A stretch of 64,000 bases of DNA from Candidatus Giovannonibacteria bacterium (GTDB lineage: Bacteria > Patescibacteriota > Minisyncoccia > UBA11713 > 2-01-FULL-45-33), in the NCBI GenBank assembly GCA_016176295.1, contig JACOXN010000003.1, forward strand, positions 28,212 to 92,211, written 5' to 3'. Both the position numbers and the translations under genes were made by a program. Below are positions 52,510 to 62,507 of the stretch, piece by piece. Every line of letters begins with the position of its first letter. The stretch's first letter is position 1. A model generated the notes under the pieces. The model was not told where the DNA came from. It did not search any database and worked only from the letters and a program-made list of their open reading frames with translations.

Positions 52510-53003
52510 TCACTCTCCTCTTTCAATTTATCTTGCGCAAGTATATCACAAACATCTTTTTTGTTTACGAGTTTTACCCCCATCAAAGCCGCGTCTCTTC
52601 TGACTCTGGCGATCTGTTCGGCATATTTCTTGGGCTTGTATTCCACATCGTAATAAATTGTTTTTACGCCGACATTCGCAATAGCTTTAAAGCATACATA
52701 GCAGGAAAACATCGTAGAATAAACTTCAGAATCTTTCAGTGAAATACCGTCCCTGGCTGCCTGGACTATGGCGTTAATTTCAGCGTGAATAGTGCGCACA
52801 CAATGTCCGCTTTCATCAAGATCGCACCCGACCTCGTAACAGTGAGGTAAATTTCGGGGAGAACCGTTGTAACCCGTGCTTAGAATTGTATGTCCTTCCC
52901 TGCTGACAAATACACAGCCGACCATCCCGTTATTACAGGTACTGCGCTCTTTTGTTTTTTCCGCGATGCCGAAGAAATATTCGTGCCAATTGGGCCTTTT
53001 CAT
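52506..53003 (-). CDS. dCMP deaminase (ComEB-type cytidine/deoxycytidylate deaminase)
   Basis: HAEINAI zinc/catalytic motif and SCYVCFKAI second zinc motif. Confidence 0.8.
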   Translation of the reverse strand: MKRPNWHEYFFGIAEKTKERSTCNNGMVGCVFVSREGHTILSTGYNGSPRNLPHCYEVGCDLDESGHCVRTIHAEINAIVQAARDGISLKDSEVYSTMFSCYVCFKAIANVGVKTIYYDVEYKPKKYAEQIARVRRDAALMGVKLVNKKDVCDILAQDKLKEESE

Positions 53004-53055
53004 TTATATTCTCCAAATCAAAGTGCTTGAGCTTATATAGTTTTAGCATGGCGCG

Positions 53056-53086
53056 AAAAAAAATCCCAGATTAGTTCTGGGTTTTT
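53056..53086 (-). terminator. Intrinsic terminator after the phosphoribosyltransferase-like gene
   Basis: CCCAGA-actaa-TCTGGGA followed by TTTTTTTT on the minus strand. Confidence 0.6.
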
Positions 53087-53112
53087 ATTTATTCGTCAAA
53101 TACCAAGGAGGA

Positions 53113-53808
53113 CTAGAGTTTAGTGTATTTATTTTGCCAGCCTGCCGGATCGGCCAGGAATTCCCGAAAGGAATCGAGTAGTTTTTTCGAGAACACGCCC
53201 GCCTTTTGGGCCGCATCCAGGAGTTCTGCCAGGGTAAAAAGATAAAGCGGCGTCACGTTCGCTTTTTCGAGAGCGGCTACCGATTCGGGATTATCATAAA
53301 ACAGAATACAGGCCGCGTATCTCACCTCGCGCCCCATGCCCCGAAGTATCTTTACACTCTCTAAAGTGCTCTTTGCGTAATTAATGAGCTCTTCCATGAC
53401 GATGCCTTTTTTGTTGCAGCCATCAAGTCCTATGATGCTCTCTTTGAGGCCGTACAGTTTTTTCACTGGCCGCACATATGTGAAACTGAAACTTCGGAAA
53501 AGCATTTTCTCCAGATACTCGGAAAGGAGCCAACCCGGTATCATTCCTCCTGTCACATTGCCGGCGATGAAATCAATGCCGGCCTTGGCCGCTTTTTCGG
53601 CGACTATGTTTCTGGCCAGTCCGTAAACAAGAGGCTTAATGAGGTCTTTGTCTCCCGCCAGATGTTTCAAAGAAATATAGCCGGGCCCGCGATTTCCCGA
53701 TGAATAAATAAAGGGTTCCGCTCCCGCCTCGCAATCGCGAATCTGCAATACACCGGCGTTAAGCACGCGCCCCAAAAGATCTTGTCTGTTCATTTCTGTC
53801 CTTTCCAA
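53113..53808 (-). CDS. Phosphoribosyltransferase-fold protein (orotate PRT-like, divergent PRPP loop)
   Basis: IDFIAGNVTGGMIPGWLLSEYL and KKGIVMEELINYAKST occupy the positions of the type I PRT flexible-loop and PRPP-binding motifs. The acidic PRPP motif is degenerate. Confidence 0.5.
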   Translation of the reverse strand: MERTEMNRQDLLGRVLNAGVLQIRDCEAGAEPFIYSSGNRGPGYISLKHLAGDKDLIKPLVYGLARNIVAEKAAKAGIDFIAGNVTGGMIPGWLLSEYLEKMLFRSFSFTYVRPVKKLYGLKESIIGLDGCNKKGIVMEELINYAKSTLESVKILRGMGREVRYAACILFYDNPESVAALEKANVTPLYLFTLAELLDAAQKAGVFSKKLLDSFREFLADPAGWQNKYTKL

Positions 53809-53863
53809 ATTAAAAATAACTCTTAAAAGAGTGTATCAAAACAAAAAAAATAAAAAAGGCCCG

Positions 53864-54529
53864 CTAGAGCCCCAGTTGTTCCTGAACAGCTTTTATAACT
53901 TTTTTGGTTATTTTATGCTGCTCGTCATCCGCGTTGATGATCTCCCATCTTTTAATATTTTCTATATTATGCCGCTCCGCTTCGACCAAATAACCATTCC
54001 GCACTTTCTCAAAAAATTCCATTGGCTCCGATTCAAAACGGTTTATCTGGTCTTCCTTGGTAATGCGCTTCATTGCCACCTGCGGGGCGAGATCAAAAAG
54101 AAATGTGAGGTCGGCGTTAACTCCCTGGGTAGCTTTATGATTAATTTCCTTGATAAACTCCAAGTTCATTCCCCGTCCATGACCCTGGAATGCCCGCGAA
54201 GAATCAGGCCCTCTGTCGCTCACAACAATGGCTCCTCTATTCAAAGCCGGTAAAACCACTTTTTGATATAAAGCCGCGCGAGGTTTAACGAACAGCTCAA
54301 ATTCGGATTTTGCCAATTCAGTTCCTTCAAGGTCGGGACGGTTCTTTCTCAAATCCATAATCTCTTTGCGGAAATCGGGAATTTCCAAGACCGGGTCAGG
54401 ATGAGGAGGTTCTTTAATTTCAACAACCTCATACTCTTTGCCCAATAAATATCCGATTAGCCGATGAAGCTGTCCGGATTTGCCGCATTTATCTATTCCT
54501 TCTAAAATAATCAGCTTGCCTTTTGCCAT
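53864..54529 (-). CDS. tmk: Thymidylate kinase
   Basis: LIILEGIDKCGKSGQ P-loop and VVSDRGPDSSRAFQG (DR motif). Confidence 0.8.
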   Translation of the reverse strand: MAKGKLIILEGIDKCGKSGQLHRLIGYLLGKEYEVVEIKEPPHPDPVLEIPDFRKEIMDLRKNRPDLEGTELAKSEFELFVKPRAALYQKVVLPALNRGAIVVSDRGPDSSRAFQGHGRGMNLEFIKEINHKATQGVNADLTFLFDLAPQVAMKRITKEDQINRFESEPMEFFEKVRNGYLVEAERHNIENIKRWEIINADDEQHKITKKVIKAVQEQLGL

Positions 54530-54603
54530 CTTGCCTCCATTTTACACCTTTTGTATATCTCTCGATAATTTTAACATATAACCTGACAAAAAGCCTATGG
54601 AAT

Positions 54604-54632
54604 AAAAAAACAGCTTTTAAAGGCTGTTTTTT
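54604..54632 (-). terminator. Intrinsic terminator after rplK
   Basis: AAAAAAACAGCtTTtaaAgGCTGTTTTTTG: a short stem flanked by A- and T-runs (bidirectional design). Confidence 0.55.
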
Positions 54633-54647
54633 GTCCAAGTGTTTAAG

Positions 54648-55073
54648 TTAGTCTCTTACTTCAATTCCCATGCTTCTTGCGGTACCAGCCACGATTTTCA
54701 TGGCGGCTTCCACATCATCGGCATTCAAGTCTTCCATTTTTTTCTCGGCAATTTCTTTAAGCTGTGCTTTGGATATTTTACCCACCTTTCCGGTAAGAGG
54801 ATTAGCGGCGCCTTTTTCCACTCCCGCGGCTTTCCGGAGAAGCGCCGAGGCCGGCGAAGTTTTAAGTTTAAAATCGAAAGTCCGGTCCTGATATATAGTT
54901 ATTTCTGCGGGCACGATGTTGTCGCCCATCTGGGCGGTAGCCGCGTTGAATTTCGAGACGAATTCACCGATATTCACACCGTGCTGGCCAAGAGCCGGTC
55001 CCAAAGGAGGCGCCGGGGTCGCTTTCCCCGCAGGCAACTGAACTTTAATTATTGTTTTTACAGGTTTTGCCAT
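54648..55073 (-). CDS. rplK: 50S ribosomal protein L11
   Basis: [30 protein letters not shown] is the classic L11 N-terminal domain. Confidence 0.95.
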   Translation of the reverse strand: MAKPVKTIIKVQLPAGKATPAPPLGPALGQHGVNIGEFVSKFNAATAQMGDNIVPAEITIYQDRTFDFKLKTSPASALLRKAAGVEKGAANPLTGKVGKISKAQLKEIAEKKMEDLNADDVEAAMKIVAGTARSMGIEVRD

Positions 55074-55111
55074 AATTGGTTAATGAGTTAAATGGTTAAA
55101 TGCATGAGCAG

Positions 55112-55657
55112 TTATAATTTCTTAACTTGCAGAGGATCAAGCTCCACGGGCGTCTCTCTGCCGAAAATTGAAACCAGGACTTTCACTTTTCCTCTGGACT
55201 CGTCCACATCGCTTATCTTTCCTTCGAAGTCTTTGAACGGACCATCGCTTATTCTTACCGCGTCTCCCACCATAACGTCAATTTTATGCGTAGGTTCGTC
55301 TTTACCCATTCTGGAGAAAAGACCTTCTATTTCCTCGTTGGATAAGGGCGCCGGAGTGGTACCCGAGCCTACGAAACCGGTCACTCGCGGCGTGTTCCTT
55401 ACAACATACCACGAAGCGTCCGTAACTATCATCTCAACCAAAACATATCCGGGGTATACCTTATCTTCGATAACCTGGCGTTTCCCGCCTTTTATCTTTA
55501 TTTTCTTTTCTTTGGGAACTATAACCTGAAATATCTGGTCCTCCATACCAAGAGATTCAATGCGCTGTTTTAAATTCCGGGCAACTGCGTCCTCATATCC
55601 GGAATAAGTATGCAAAGCGTACCAATTTTTTCCAAATTCTCCTTTTTGCTTAGGCAT
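55112..55657 (-). CDS. nusG: Transcription termination/antitermination factor NusG
   Basis: WYALHTYSGYEDAV NGN domain and C-terminal KOW (GDAVRISDGPFKDFEGKISDV). Confidence 0.95.
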   Translation of the reverse strand: MPKQKGEFGKNWYALHTYSGYEDAVARNLKQRIESLGMEDQIFQVIVPKEKKIKIKGGKRQVIEDKVYPGYVLVEMIVTDASWYVVRNTPRVTGFVGSGTTPAPLSNEEIEGLFSRMGKDEPTHKIDVMVGDAVRISDGPFKDFEGKISDVDESRGKVKVLVSIFGRETPVELDPLQVKKL

Positions 55658-55672
55658 AAGATAATTTTTAAA

Positions 55673-55858
55673 TTATTGTATAAAAGAGGAGATTACCGCC
55701 GCGAAAACGAAATCAAAAACCCCGAGTACGGCGGATACGCCGAGGGAAACCGCTATCACTATGATGGTAAAACGGATGGTCGCCTCCCGGCTCGGCCAGT
55801 TGACCTTCTTCATTTCGACTCTCACTTCTTTCAGATAATTTACGAATTTATTGAACAT
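55673..55858 (-). CDS. secE: Preprotein translocase subunit SecE
   Basis: 61 aa. EVRVEMKKVNWPSREAT followed by a single TM. Conserved secE-nusG-rplK order. Confidence 0.85.
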   Translation of the reverse strand: MFNKFVNYLKEVRVEMKKVNWPSREATIRFTIIVIAVSLGVSAVLGVFDFVFAAVISSFIQ

Positions 55859-56062
55859 AAAACTATAATACTAATTTGCAAATTTTATACGAATAATACA
55901 AATATACGAATAATTTTTTGTAATTTGTGGCATTCGAATATTGTTTGTGGATTTGTGTTATCCTGGCATTTTTAAAAGCCCTCCGGGGCTCTATGTGTTT
56001 TAATATACTCCCTTGCGATAAATAAGTCAACATGCTAAAAAATTAAAAAAGAGGACATTGAA

Positions 56063-56797
56063 ATGAACATAATATTGCTTGGAATAGCCGTTTTACTTGC
56101 GGGCAGCTGCTCTGTTCCTCCATCCACGGCAAAAATAACGCTCGGCATCTACTATACATTCCAGCCGGTCCAACAGTATGTTGCTTGGCCAGAAAGAAAA
56201 AACGGCCTTGAAGTTGCAACCACTCATGAAAATTTCAAAAACGAAATCCGTGAAATGGTGAAAAACACGGAGCTGCAAATCACCAACGAAGTCTTCCAGG
56301 GTGAACGCAAAATCGAGCTTGTTATCAACTTCGTGGAACGTTGGGAAATAGGAAACTTTCCCTGGCACAAACCTGATAAAACAGGCACGGCGGACGGAGA
56401 CAAATTCTTTGAGAGCGTGCATAAGCTAAAAAACAAACCGAAAGCCGATATTTATATCGCCTTGATTGCAGTTGAAATTTCAAACGTCAAGCTGAGGAGT
56501 GAATTTGCAAGTACAGTCTCCTCGGACCAAACATACGATGCGGTCCAAAAAGAAAATACCATTCTGATCGGCGCATTCCTAAAACACACCAAAGAAAAAA
56601 ATGAAACCTTGCTGCAGCACGAATTGGGACATTGGCTGGGCGTAGAAAGGCATGAACCGCAAGAGAACTGCGATAAAACGCAGTTGGTAATGTGTGCCTA
56701 TACTATTTCGAAAGGCGCTATAAGCGAAGTACACAAAAAAGCGATCAAAAAATTTTATCTGGGCCGCACTGGCCAAAATCCGCCTTCAGAATATTAA
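56063..56797 (+). CDS. Putative lipoprotein with HExxH zinc-metalloprotease motif
   Basis: Signal peptide ending LLAGSC (relaxed lipobox). LQHELGHWLGVERHE (HExxH plus a downstream His). Confidence 0.5.
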   Translation: MNIILLGIAVLLAGSCSVPPSTAKITLGIYYTFQPVQQYVAWPERKNGLEVATTHENFKNEIREMVKNTELQITNEVFQGERKIELVINFVERWEIGNFPWHKPDKTGTADGDKFFESVHKLKNKPKADIYIALIAVEISNVKLRSEFASTVSSDQTYDAVQKENTILIGAFLKHTKEKNETLLQHELGHWLGVERHEPQENCDKTQLVMCAYTISKGAISEVHKKAIKKFYLGRTGQNPPSEY

Positions 56798-56812
56798 AAA
56801 GGCGGTTTTTTT
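56780..56812 (+). terminator. Intrinsic (bidirectional) terminator between convergent genes
   Basis: CCGCCTT-cagaatattaa-AAGGCGG followed by TTTTTTT. An A-run is present for the opposite strand. Confidence 0.6.
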
Positions 56813-56820
56813 ATAAAAAA

Positions 56821-58785
56821 TTATATGTCCAGATTTTTGACCGTTTTGGCGTGCGTCTGGATAAAAAGTTTACGCGGACCCACTTCGCTCCCCATCAAAA
56901 TATCGAATATTTTATCGGCCTCTTTCGCGTCGTCGATGGTCACCTGCTTAAATACGCGCCTGGCCGGGTCCATGGTGGTTTCCCAGAGCTGCTCCGCGTT
57001 CATTTCACCCAATCCTTTATACCGCTGAACGTTGGAACCTTCCGAATCTTTTGTCATTTTATTTTTTTCCTCTTCGGAATAGGCATATTTTATTTCTTTG
57101 CCTTTTTGCACGCGGTAAAGCGGCGGCTGGGCGATATAAATGTATCCGTTCTGGACAAGCGGCAGATAATACCTGTAAAAAAGCGTCAAAAGCAAAGTCC
57201 TGATGTGCGCTCCGTCCACGTCGGCATCCGTCATAATGATGATACGGTGGTAGCGGAGTTTGGAAATATCGAAACTTTCCGCGATGGCAGCGCCCAAAGC
57301 GATAACCAATGTTTTTACCTGCTCGGAGCCAAGTAATTTATCGAGGCGCGCTCTTTCAACGTTCAATATTTTTCCGCGAAGCGGCAAAATGGCCTGGAAA
57401 CGCCTGTCACGCGCTTGCTTCGCGGAACCTCCGGCTGAATCTCCCTCAACAATGTAAAGTTCTGACTCCGCCGCGTTTTTGGACTGGCAGTCTGAAAGTT
57501 TCCCCGGCAATGCCAATCCATCCAGCGCACCCTTTCTTAAAATAGTGTCCTTGGCGGCCTTGGCGGCTTTTCTGGCTTTTAACGCCAAAATAACTTTATC
57601 CAAAATATTCCTCGCATCTTGCGGATGTTCCTCGAGATACGCATCGAATTCGGAACCGAAAACCGATTCCACGGCTGTTCTGGCTTCCGGGTTGCCCAAC
57701 TTGTCTTTGGTCTGCCCTTCAAACTGGGGGTCGCGCAATTTGACAGAAATTATCGAGGTAAGCCCTTCTCTCACGTCTTCACCGGTCAGATTTTCCTCCG
57801 ACTCTTTCAAATAATTATTTTTCCTCGCGTAATTGTTGAGAGACCTGGTGAGCGCAGTGCGGAATCCAGTCAGATGCATGCCTCCGCCGGGGTTATAAAT
57901 GTTGTTCGCAAAACTGTTCTCGCGCGCCTGGAGATCGTCCACATATTGGAGAGCAATTTCCACAGAAATGCTTTCGTTTTCTTTTTGAGTATAAAAAATA
58001 TTTTCGTGCTTCGGTTCAAGCCCCTCGTTCAAATATCTGACATAAGATGAAATTCCACCCTCAAAATAAAATGAATAGGACCTGTGGGCCAATTCGTCTT
58101 TTTCTCTTTCATCATTGAATATTAGCCTAATGCCTTTGGTAAGGTAAGCCTGCTGGCGCAAGCGTTCCGATATGCGCTTCCAGTCGAACTCCGGGATTTT
58201 TCCGTTCTGCCCGGTAAAAATTTCCGCATCCGGCTCGAATGTGGTGGCCGTGCCGTTATTTTTGCATTTGCCGACCTTCTGGACTTTGGTTTTTGGTTTT
58301 CCCCGCTGATATTCTTGCGCCCATTGCTCGCCCTCACGGCAAACCTCGACTCTTAGCCAGCTGGAAAGAGCGTTCACCACTGAAACTCCTACTCCGTGCA
58401 AACCTCCGGAAACTTTATATCCGCCTCCGCCGAATTTTCCTCCCGCATGAAGAACCGTCATGACGGTTTCCAAAGCGGATTTTTTGGTTTGTTTATGCGT
58501 TTCAACGGGAATTCCGCGGCCGTTATCCACGACTCTAACTCTTCCCTGCGGCAAAAGCGTAACCGAAATATGGTCGGCATGCCCGGCCATAGCTTCGTCG
58601 ATAGAGTTGTCTACAACTTCCCAAATGAGATGGTGAAGCCCATCCACTCCGGTGGAACCAATGTACATTCCGGGGCGCTTCCGCACCGGGTCCAGCCCTT
58701 CCAAAACCATAATGTCCTGCGCGGTATAACTCGCCTCCTTTCCTCCCGTATTGGCAGGCTTATTTTTTGGTGCTTTTTTGGCCAT
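56821..58785 (-). CDS. gyrB: DNA gyrase subunit B
   Basis: LEGLDPVRKRPGMYIGST, GGLHGVG, EGDSAGGSAKQARDR, PLRGKILNVE, IIIMTDADVDGAHI. Confidence 0.95.
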   Translation of the reverse strand: MAKKAPKNKPANTGGKEASYTAQDIMVLEGLDPVRKRPGMYIGSTGVDGLHHLIWEVVDNSIDEAMAGHADHISVTLLPQGRVRVVDNGRGIPVETHKQTKKSALETVMTVLHAGGKFGGGGYKVSGGLHGVGVSVVNALSSWLRVEVCREGEQWAQEYQRGKPKTKVQKVGKCKNNGTATTFEPDAEIFTGQNGKIPEFDWKRISERLRQQAYLTKGIRLIFNDEREKDELAHRSYSFYFEGGISSYVRYLNEGLEPKHENIFYTQKENESISVEIALQYVDDLQARENSFANNIYNPGGGMHLTGFRTALTRSLNNYARKNNYLKESEENLTGEDVREGLTSIISVKLRDPQFEGQTKDKLGNPEARTAVESVFGSEFDAYLEEHPQDARNILDKVILALKARKAAKAAKDTILRKGALDGLALPGKLSDCQSKNAAESELYIVEGDSAGGSAKQARDRRFQAILPLRGKILNVERARLDKLLGSEQVKTLVIALGAAIAESFDISKLRYHRIIIMTDADVDGAHIRTLLLTLFYRYYLPLVQNGYIYIAQPPLYRVQKGKEIKYAYSEEEKNKMTKDSEGSNVQRYKGLGEMNAEQLWETTMDPARRVFKQVTIDDAKEADKIFDILMGSEVGPRKLFIQTHAKTVKNLDI

Positions 58786-58875
58786 GTTAATAAATAAATA
58801 TTAGCATAAATACGCTATCCCCACAAGCTGAAATTATTTCCAAAAATTGTCTTAGTTTAACTAAAGTCATTCCAC

Positions 58876-58927
58876 AAATTAAAAGCCCGTAGCGATATTT
58901 GCCTAACGGCAAAAGTCGGTACGGGCT
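58876..58927 (-). terminator. Intrinsic terminator after the small lipoprotein gene
   Basis: AGCCCGTA...TACGGGCT outer stem with an inner TTGCC/GGCAA hairpin, followed on the minus strand by TTTTAATTT. Confidence 0.55.
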
Positions 58928-58938
58928 TTGATTTTCAT

Positions 58939-59232
58939 TTAATTGAGACAAATATCCGGAGGATTTGGTACGCCTGCTCCACTTAGACCCTTACCTTGCT
59001 TTACCACCTCGACATCCAGAGCAAAACCATTCGCAGCTCCGGCAAATAATCCGTATACGGCATAAACCGGCGCAAGCAATATGGCACCCGCAACCCCGCC
59101 GGCTGATTTCCTGTCCGCTTGCTTCCCTATACAGTGCGCAGGATACATCACCGGCCCCACAACAGTTCCGACTGCTGTACATCCATGCAACGCAAGCGAA
59201 ACCAAAATAACCGCAAGCAGCATTAATCTCAT
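58939..59232 (-). CDS. Small Gly-rich lipoprotein (hypothetical)
   Basis: MRLMLLAVILVSLALHGC lipobox. Glycine-zipper-like AGGVAGAILLAPVYAVYGLFAGAANG. Confidence 0.6.
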   Translation of the reverse strand: MRLMLLAVILVSLALHGCTAVGTVVGPVMYPAHCIGKQADRKSAGGVAGAILLAPVYAVYGLFAGAANGFALDVEVVKQGKGLSGAGVPNPPDICLN

Positions 59233-59273
59233 TGCTATAGCTCCTAAAATCTAAAACGAGCCTAACATAGGCA

Positions 59274-59329
59274 ACGAAAAAGTAAAAGCCCTGTCCTGAT
59301 CTGCCAAATGGCGGATTACGGACAGGGCT
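59274..59329 (-). terminator. Intrinsic terminator after the M24 peptidase gene
   Basis: AGCCCTGTCC...GGACAGGGCT 10-bp stem, followed on the minus strand by TTTTACTTTTT. Confidence 0.6.
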
Positions 59330-59340
59330 GATTTTTTATT

Positions 59341-60549
59341 CTACGGAATAATCATCGATCCCAGATCTTTGGGAAATTGCGTGAGATTGCGGCAGCCGTC
59401 TTTGGTGACAAGCACCATGTCTTCGATACGGATGCCGCCAATGGGTATACCTTTTTTACTTAGTAAAAAGCTTGGCTCAATTCCATTTTGATAATAAAGC
59501 CCAGGCCCGACGGTCACAACATTCCCTTCCGACAAAAGCGAACCTGAAGAATTTATCCGCGGCGCCTCGTGAATATCCAATCCAACGCCGTAACCGACAC
59601 CGTGAAAAAAACCTTCCATCGGCCTGGTTTCCGTATTGGTATGGTAACCGTCTTTTTCAAAGTCTCCGATAGTGGTGTCATAAATATATTTTCCGTCAGC
59701 TCCATCCATCACCATACTGATACCCTTTACTTGTCCGCGAAGTACTCCGTTGTACATATCTTTTAGTTCTTGCGGCGGTTCGCCTTTGAAAAATGTCCGC
59801 GTCATATCCGCGTAATAATGCGTTTCGAGCGAGAGCGGGAAAACATCCATAACTATCGGTTGGTGAGCCGTTAAGGGACCGAAACCTTTGCAATGCGGGT
59901 CGGCGGCCTGGAGTCCGCAGGAAACAATAGTATCAACTCCGAGATAGCCTTGGGAATAGAGCGAGCCATCAATTATTTTTCGCAATGATTCAGAAGTGAC
60001 TAATCCGCAATTGATGTAAATATCCGGCGATCCATAAGCAATAATTTTGTCCTCTTTGATATAACATGACCACAAAAATACCAGAGCTTTGCCGACGGCA
60101 TTCTCAACCGCCCTCTGTGCTTTTTCTATCTCGGCCACTTCCCAATCGGTTTTAATGGCGCGCTTCGGATAAAACGGCGGCGGCGCGGCAACTATGCTAA
60201 ACGATTTAGCCAGATGATCTTTTATGCCACACGGAAATGTTTCCGGCACTATGATCTTTTGCACGCCGTGCTTTTGAAGAAAATTCGCAACATATCCTTT
60301 GGTTTTGCTGTCATAGTCGGATAAATTCACGGCCTCTATTTCGGGTCTGCATTCTTTCGCCGCCCTTTCAAGCTCTAAAGGACTAATCAAAATAAATGAT
60401 TTTCCATCCGGTATTTCCACCAACACAACCGGATCCGGCGCTTTAAACCCTGTCCGCCACAAAATATCAGCTGAAAAATGCGGGGGACCCAGATCAGTCG
60501 TTCCCCATAACACCAAAGCGGTTTTTTTGACAGCAGTTTTTCTTTTCAA
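59341..60549 (-). CDS. M24-family metallopeptidase (Xaa-Pro aminopeptidase / creatinase fold)
   Basis: Pita-bread metal ligand blocks: VMDVFP..YYADMTRTF, HGVGYGVGLDIHE, TVGPGLY, GIRIEDMVLVT. Confidence 0.8.
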   Translation of the reverse strand: MKRKTAVKKTALVLWGTTDLGPPHFSADILWRTGFKAPDPVVLVEIPDGKSFILISPLELERAAKECRPEIEAVNLSDYDSKTKGYVANFLQKHGVQKIIVPETFPCGIKDHLAKSFSIVAAPPPFYPKRAIKTDWEVAEIEKAQRAVENAVGKALVFLWSCYIKEDKIIAYGSPDIYINCGLVTSESLRKIIDGSLYSQGYLGVDTIVSCGLQAADPHCKGFGPLTAHQPIVMDVFPLSLETHYYADMTRTFFKGEPPQELKDMYNGVLRGQVKGISMVMDGADGKYIYDTTIGDFEKDGYHTNTETRPMEGFFHGVGYGVGLDIHEAPRINSSGSLLSEGNVVTVGPGLYYQNGIEPSFLLSKKGIPIGGIRIEDMVLVTKDGCRNLTQFPKDLGSMIIP

Positions 60550-60633
60550 ATGAGACTCCTTTAAAAATCAGATCTAAAAAGAAAATAGCACTTAAAAATA
60601 AATTAAGCAATCAAACAAAACCAGTTCAGAGTC

Positions 60634-61719
60634 TTATTGGTTTTGTTTAGCGAGCGCAGACTTAATGATATGGTCCAAAAGCTTTGAAAAAGAAATTCCG
60701 GAAGCGGCGGCAGCTTTGGGAAGTAGACTCCGGGCAGTGAGGCCGGGAATAGTATTTATCTCAAGGATATAAATTTTAGCTCGATCTTTCGCCCAGATCA
60801 TATCAGTCCGCGAAAACCCGGAGCATCCGATAAGCACATGCGTTTTCAACGCGATGCCCTGGCATTCAGCCAAGATATCGTGCGGAACTTCTGCCGGAGT
60901 TATTTCATCCGAACCTGACTCGGCATATTTTGATTTGTAATCGAAAAAATCCCCCAGCTTGGGCACTATCTCTGTGGGCAGAAGCGGCGTTAAATTATTT
61001 TTACCGTCATCCAGCACTCCGCATGTGAGTTCAACTCCCGGGATAAATTCCTGTACCAAAATATTTTCTGAAGACATTGCCGCTTTTTTTACGGCTTTTC
61101 CAAGATCGGTTATTTTTTTTACGATGCTGACCCCGACGCTTGAGCCGCGGTCGGCAGGCTTCACCACCAAGGGAGCGCTGAACTTGTTTTCGATGTTTTT
61201 TAAAACTTGCTCGCTTTTATTCTTAAATTCCGAGGCTCCAAATGACATTGATTCCGGCATATTGAGCCCATTGGAAGAAAAAACTTGCTGTGAACGTATC
61301 TTATCCATGCCTAAAGCACTGGCCACAGCTCCAGACCCCGTGTAAGGAACCCCGGCGGAATCCAATATGGCCTGCACTTGGCCGTCCTCCCCGAACTCCC
61401 CGTGCATGGCGATGAAAACTACGTCTGCAAAAGAGCCGACGGAGTGGAAAAACTTTTCGGATGAAATTTCCAGGTGGGGGCGGCCGCCGCGGAATTTAAA
61501 TTCCGACCTTGTCCGCGGTGGGGCTAAGGAAATTTCAGATGAAAAGTTTTTTCCCGATGGTAAAAGCCATTCGCCTTTTTTGGTGATGGTCGCAAGCGTC
61601 GGCTCATATTTTGAGCGGTCCAAATACTGATGCACCATTTCCGCAGTCTTAAGAGACACTTCGTGCTCGCTCGAAGGGCCTCCTCCCAAAACCAAAACTT
61701 TTATCTTTTTCCTTGCCAT
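60634..61719 (-). CDS. ddl: D-alanine--D-alanine ligase
   Basis: VLGGGPSSEHEVSLKTA, FIAMHGEFGEDGQVQ, VVKPADRGSSVGV, INTIPGLT. Confidence 0.9.
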   Translation of the reverse strand: MARKKIKVLVLGGGPSSEHEVSLKTAEMVHQYLDRSKYEPTLATITKKGEWLLPSGKNFSSEISLAPPRTRSEFKFRGGRPHLEISSEKFFHSVGSFADVVFIAMHGEFGEDGQVQAILDSAGVPYTGSGAVASALGMDKIRSQQVFSSNGLNMPESMSFGASEFKNKSEQVLKNIENKFSAPLVVKPADRGSSVGVSIVKKITDLGKAVKKAAMSSENILVQEFIPGVELTCGVLDDGKNNLTPLLPTEIVPKLGDFFDYKSKYAESGSDEITPAEVPHDILAECQGIALKTHVLIGCSGFSRTDMIWAKDRAKIYILEINTIPGLTARSLLPKAAAASGISFSKLLDHIIKSALAKQNQ

Positions 61720-61775
61720 TATTAATATAATGCGATAATTTTAAAAAAGATTCAAAATAAAATTGGGGATGAAAT

Positions 61776-62507
61776 ATGTTTTTTAGGCTGACAATCATCT
61801 TTCTGCTCGGTTTTTCCATCCTGGCCTGGAAACTTTGGGACCAAGAGAAGAAGTTTCAAGGCAGGGAACTAAAAACCGTCAAAGGTTTTGAAAGCGTGAT
61901 CAAGAAAGACGATAAAAATTACGTATTCTGGTTCAAGAACGGGGCCGGTAAGTCCATAAAGCTCGAAATAGAAACCGATTCAGCGGATAAGATCAGAATT
62001 ATCGACGGGGTTTTAGAGGGAAAACCTATGGCGCTGGAGTACGTCTGCGGCGGGCACGATGACTGCGGCAAGATTAGAAAAATTTCCAAAGACCTAAAAA
62101 TGAACGTTGAAGCGATAAAAATATTCGTACATTCCTATGACGACATCGAAATCCCTCAAGCGCTCTCTAGGCGCTTTTTTTGTTTAAAAATCGGGGCTTA
62201 TTCCTTGAGATCTCTTACTGTAAATTTTTCAGCATCTTTACTGGCTGTTTTGAATTCTTCGAGTTCGGCTATTCTTGCTTCAACCTCCGCAATTTCTCGC
62301 AACATATCAGCTTTAACTTTAGGATCCGGCGTGGCTTCGGCGTCTTTTTTTTCGTCTTCTACAGCTTTTTTTAGTTCCTGGACATATTCATCAGAATCGG
62401 AAAGAAACTCCCGCACCTCGCCCTCATCCATCTCGCGGGATTTGCGTAGTTCTTTTATCATTTCGATTTTTTCCTCCTGCTCCAAGTCTGCGTATCTCCG
62501 ATCTTGA
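61776..62507 (+). CDS. Hypothetical membrane-anchored protein; C-terminal ~100 codons run antisense to 62198-62551
   Basis: The N-terminal TM (LTIIFLLGFSILAW) and a plausible globular part extend to ~62180. The Ser-rich tail is the antisense reading of a Glu/Lys-rich gene, and no stop codon occurs before 62507. Confidence 0.45.
   Translation: MFFRLTIIFLLGFSILAWKLWDQEKKFQGRELKTVKGFESVIKKDDKNYVFWFKNGAGKSIKLEIETDSADKIRIIDGVLEGKPMALEYVCGGHDDCGKIRKISKDLKMNVEAIKIFVHSYDDIEIPQALSRRFFCLKIGAYSLRSLTVNFSASLLAVLNSSSSAILASTSAISRNISALTLGSGVASASFFSSSTAFFSSWTYSSESERNSRTSPSSISRDLRSSFIISIFSSCSKSAYLRS

Noticed and set aside
55859-56062. AT-rich region upstream of secE. It contains ATACGAATAAT twice (55887, 55904), TTTGTGG twice, and a small hairpin AGCCC-tccg-GGGCT (~55977-55990). 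I also looked for the tRNA that often precedes secE.
   Set aside because: No cloverleaf-compatible sequence is present. The repeats are short and AT-rich, and the hairpin is weak. The region is most simply a divergent promoter region.
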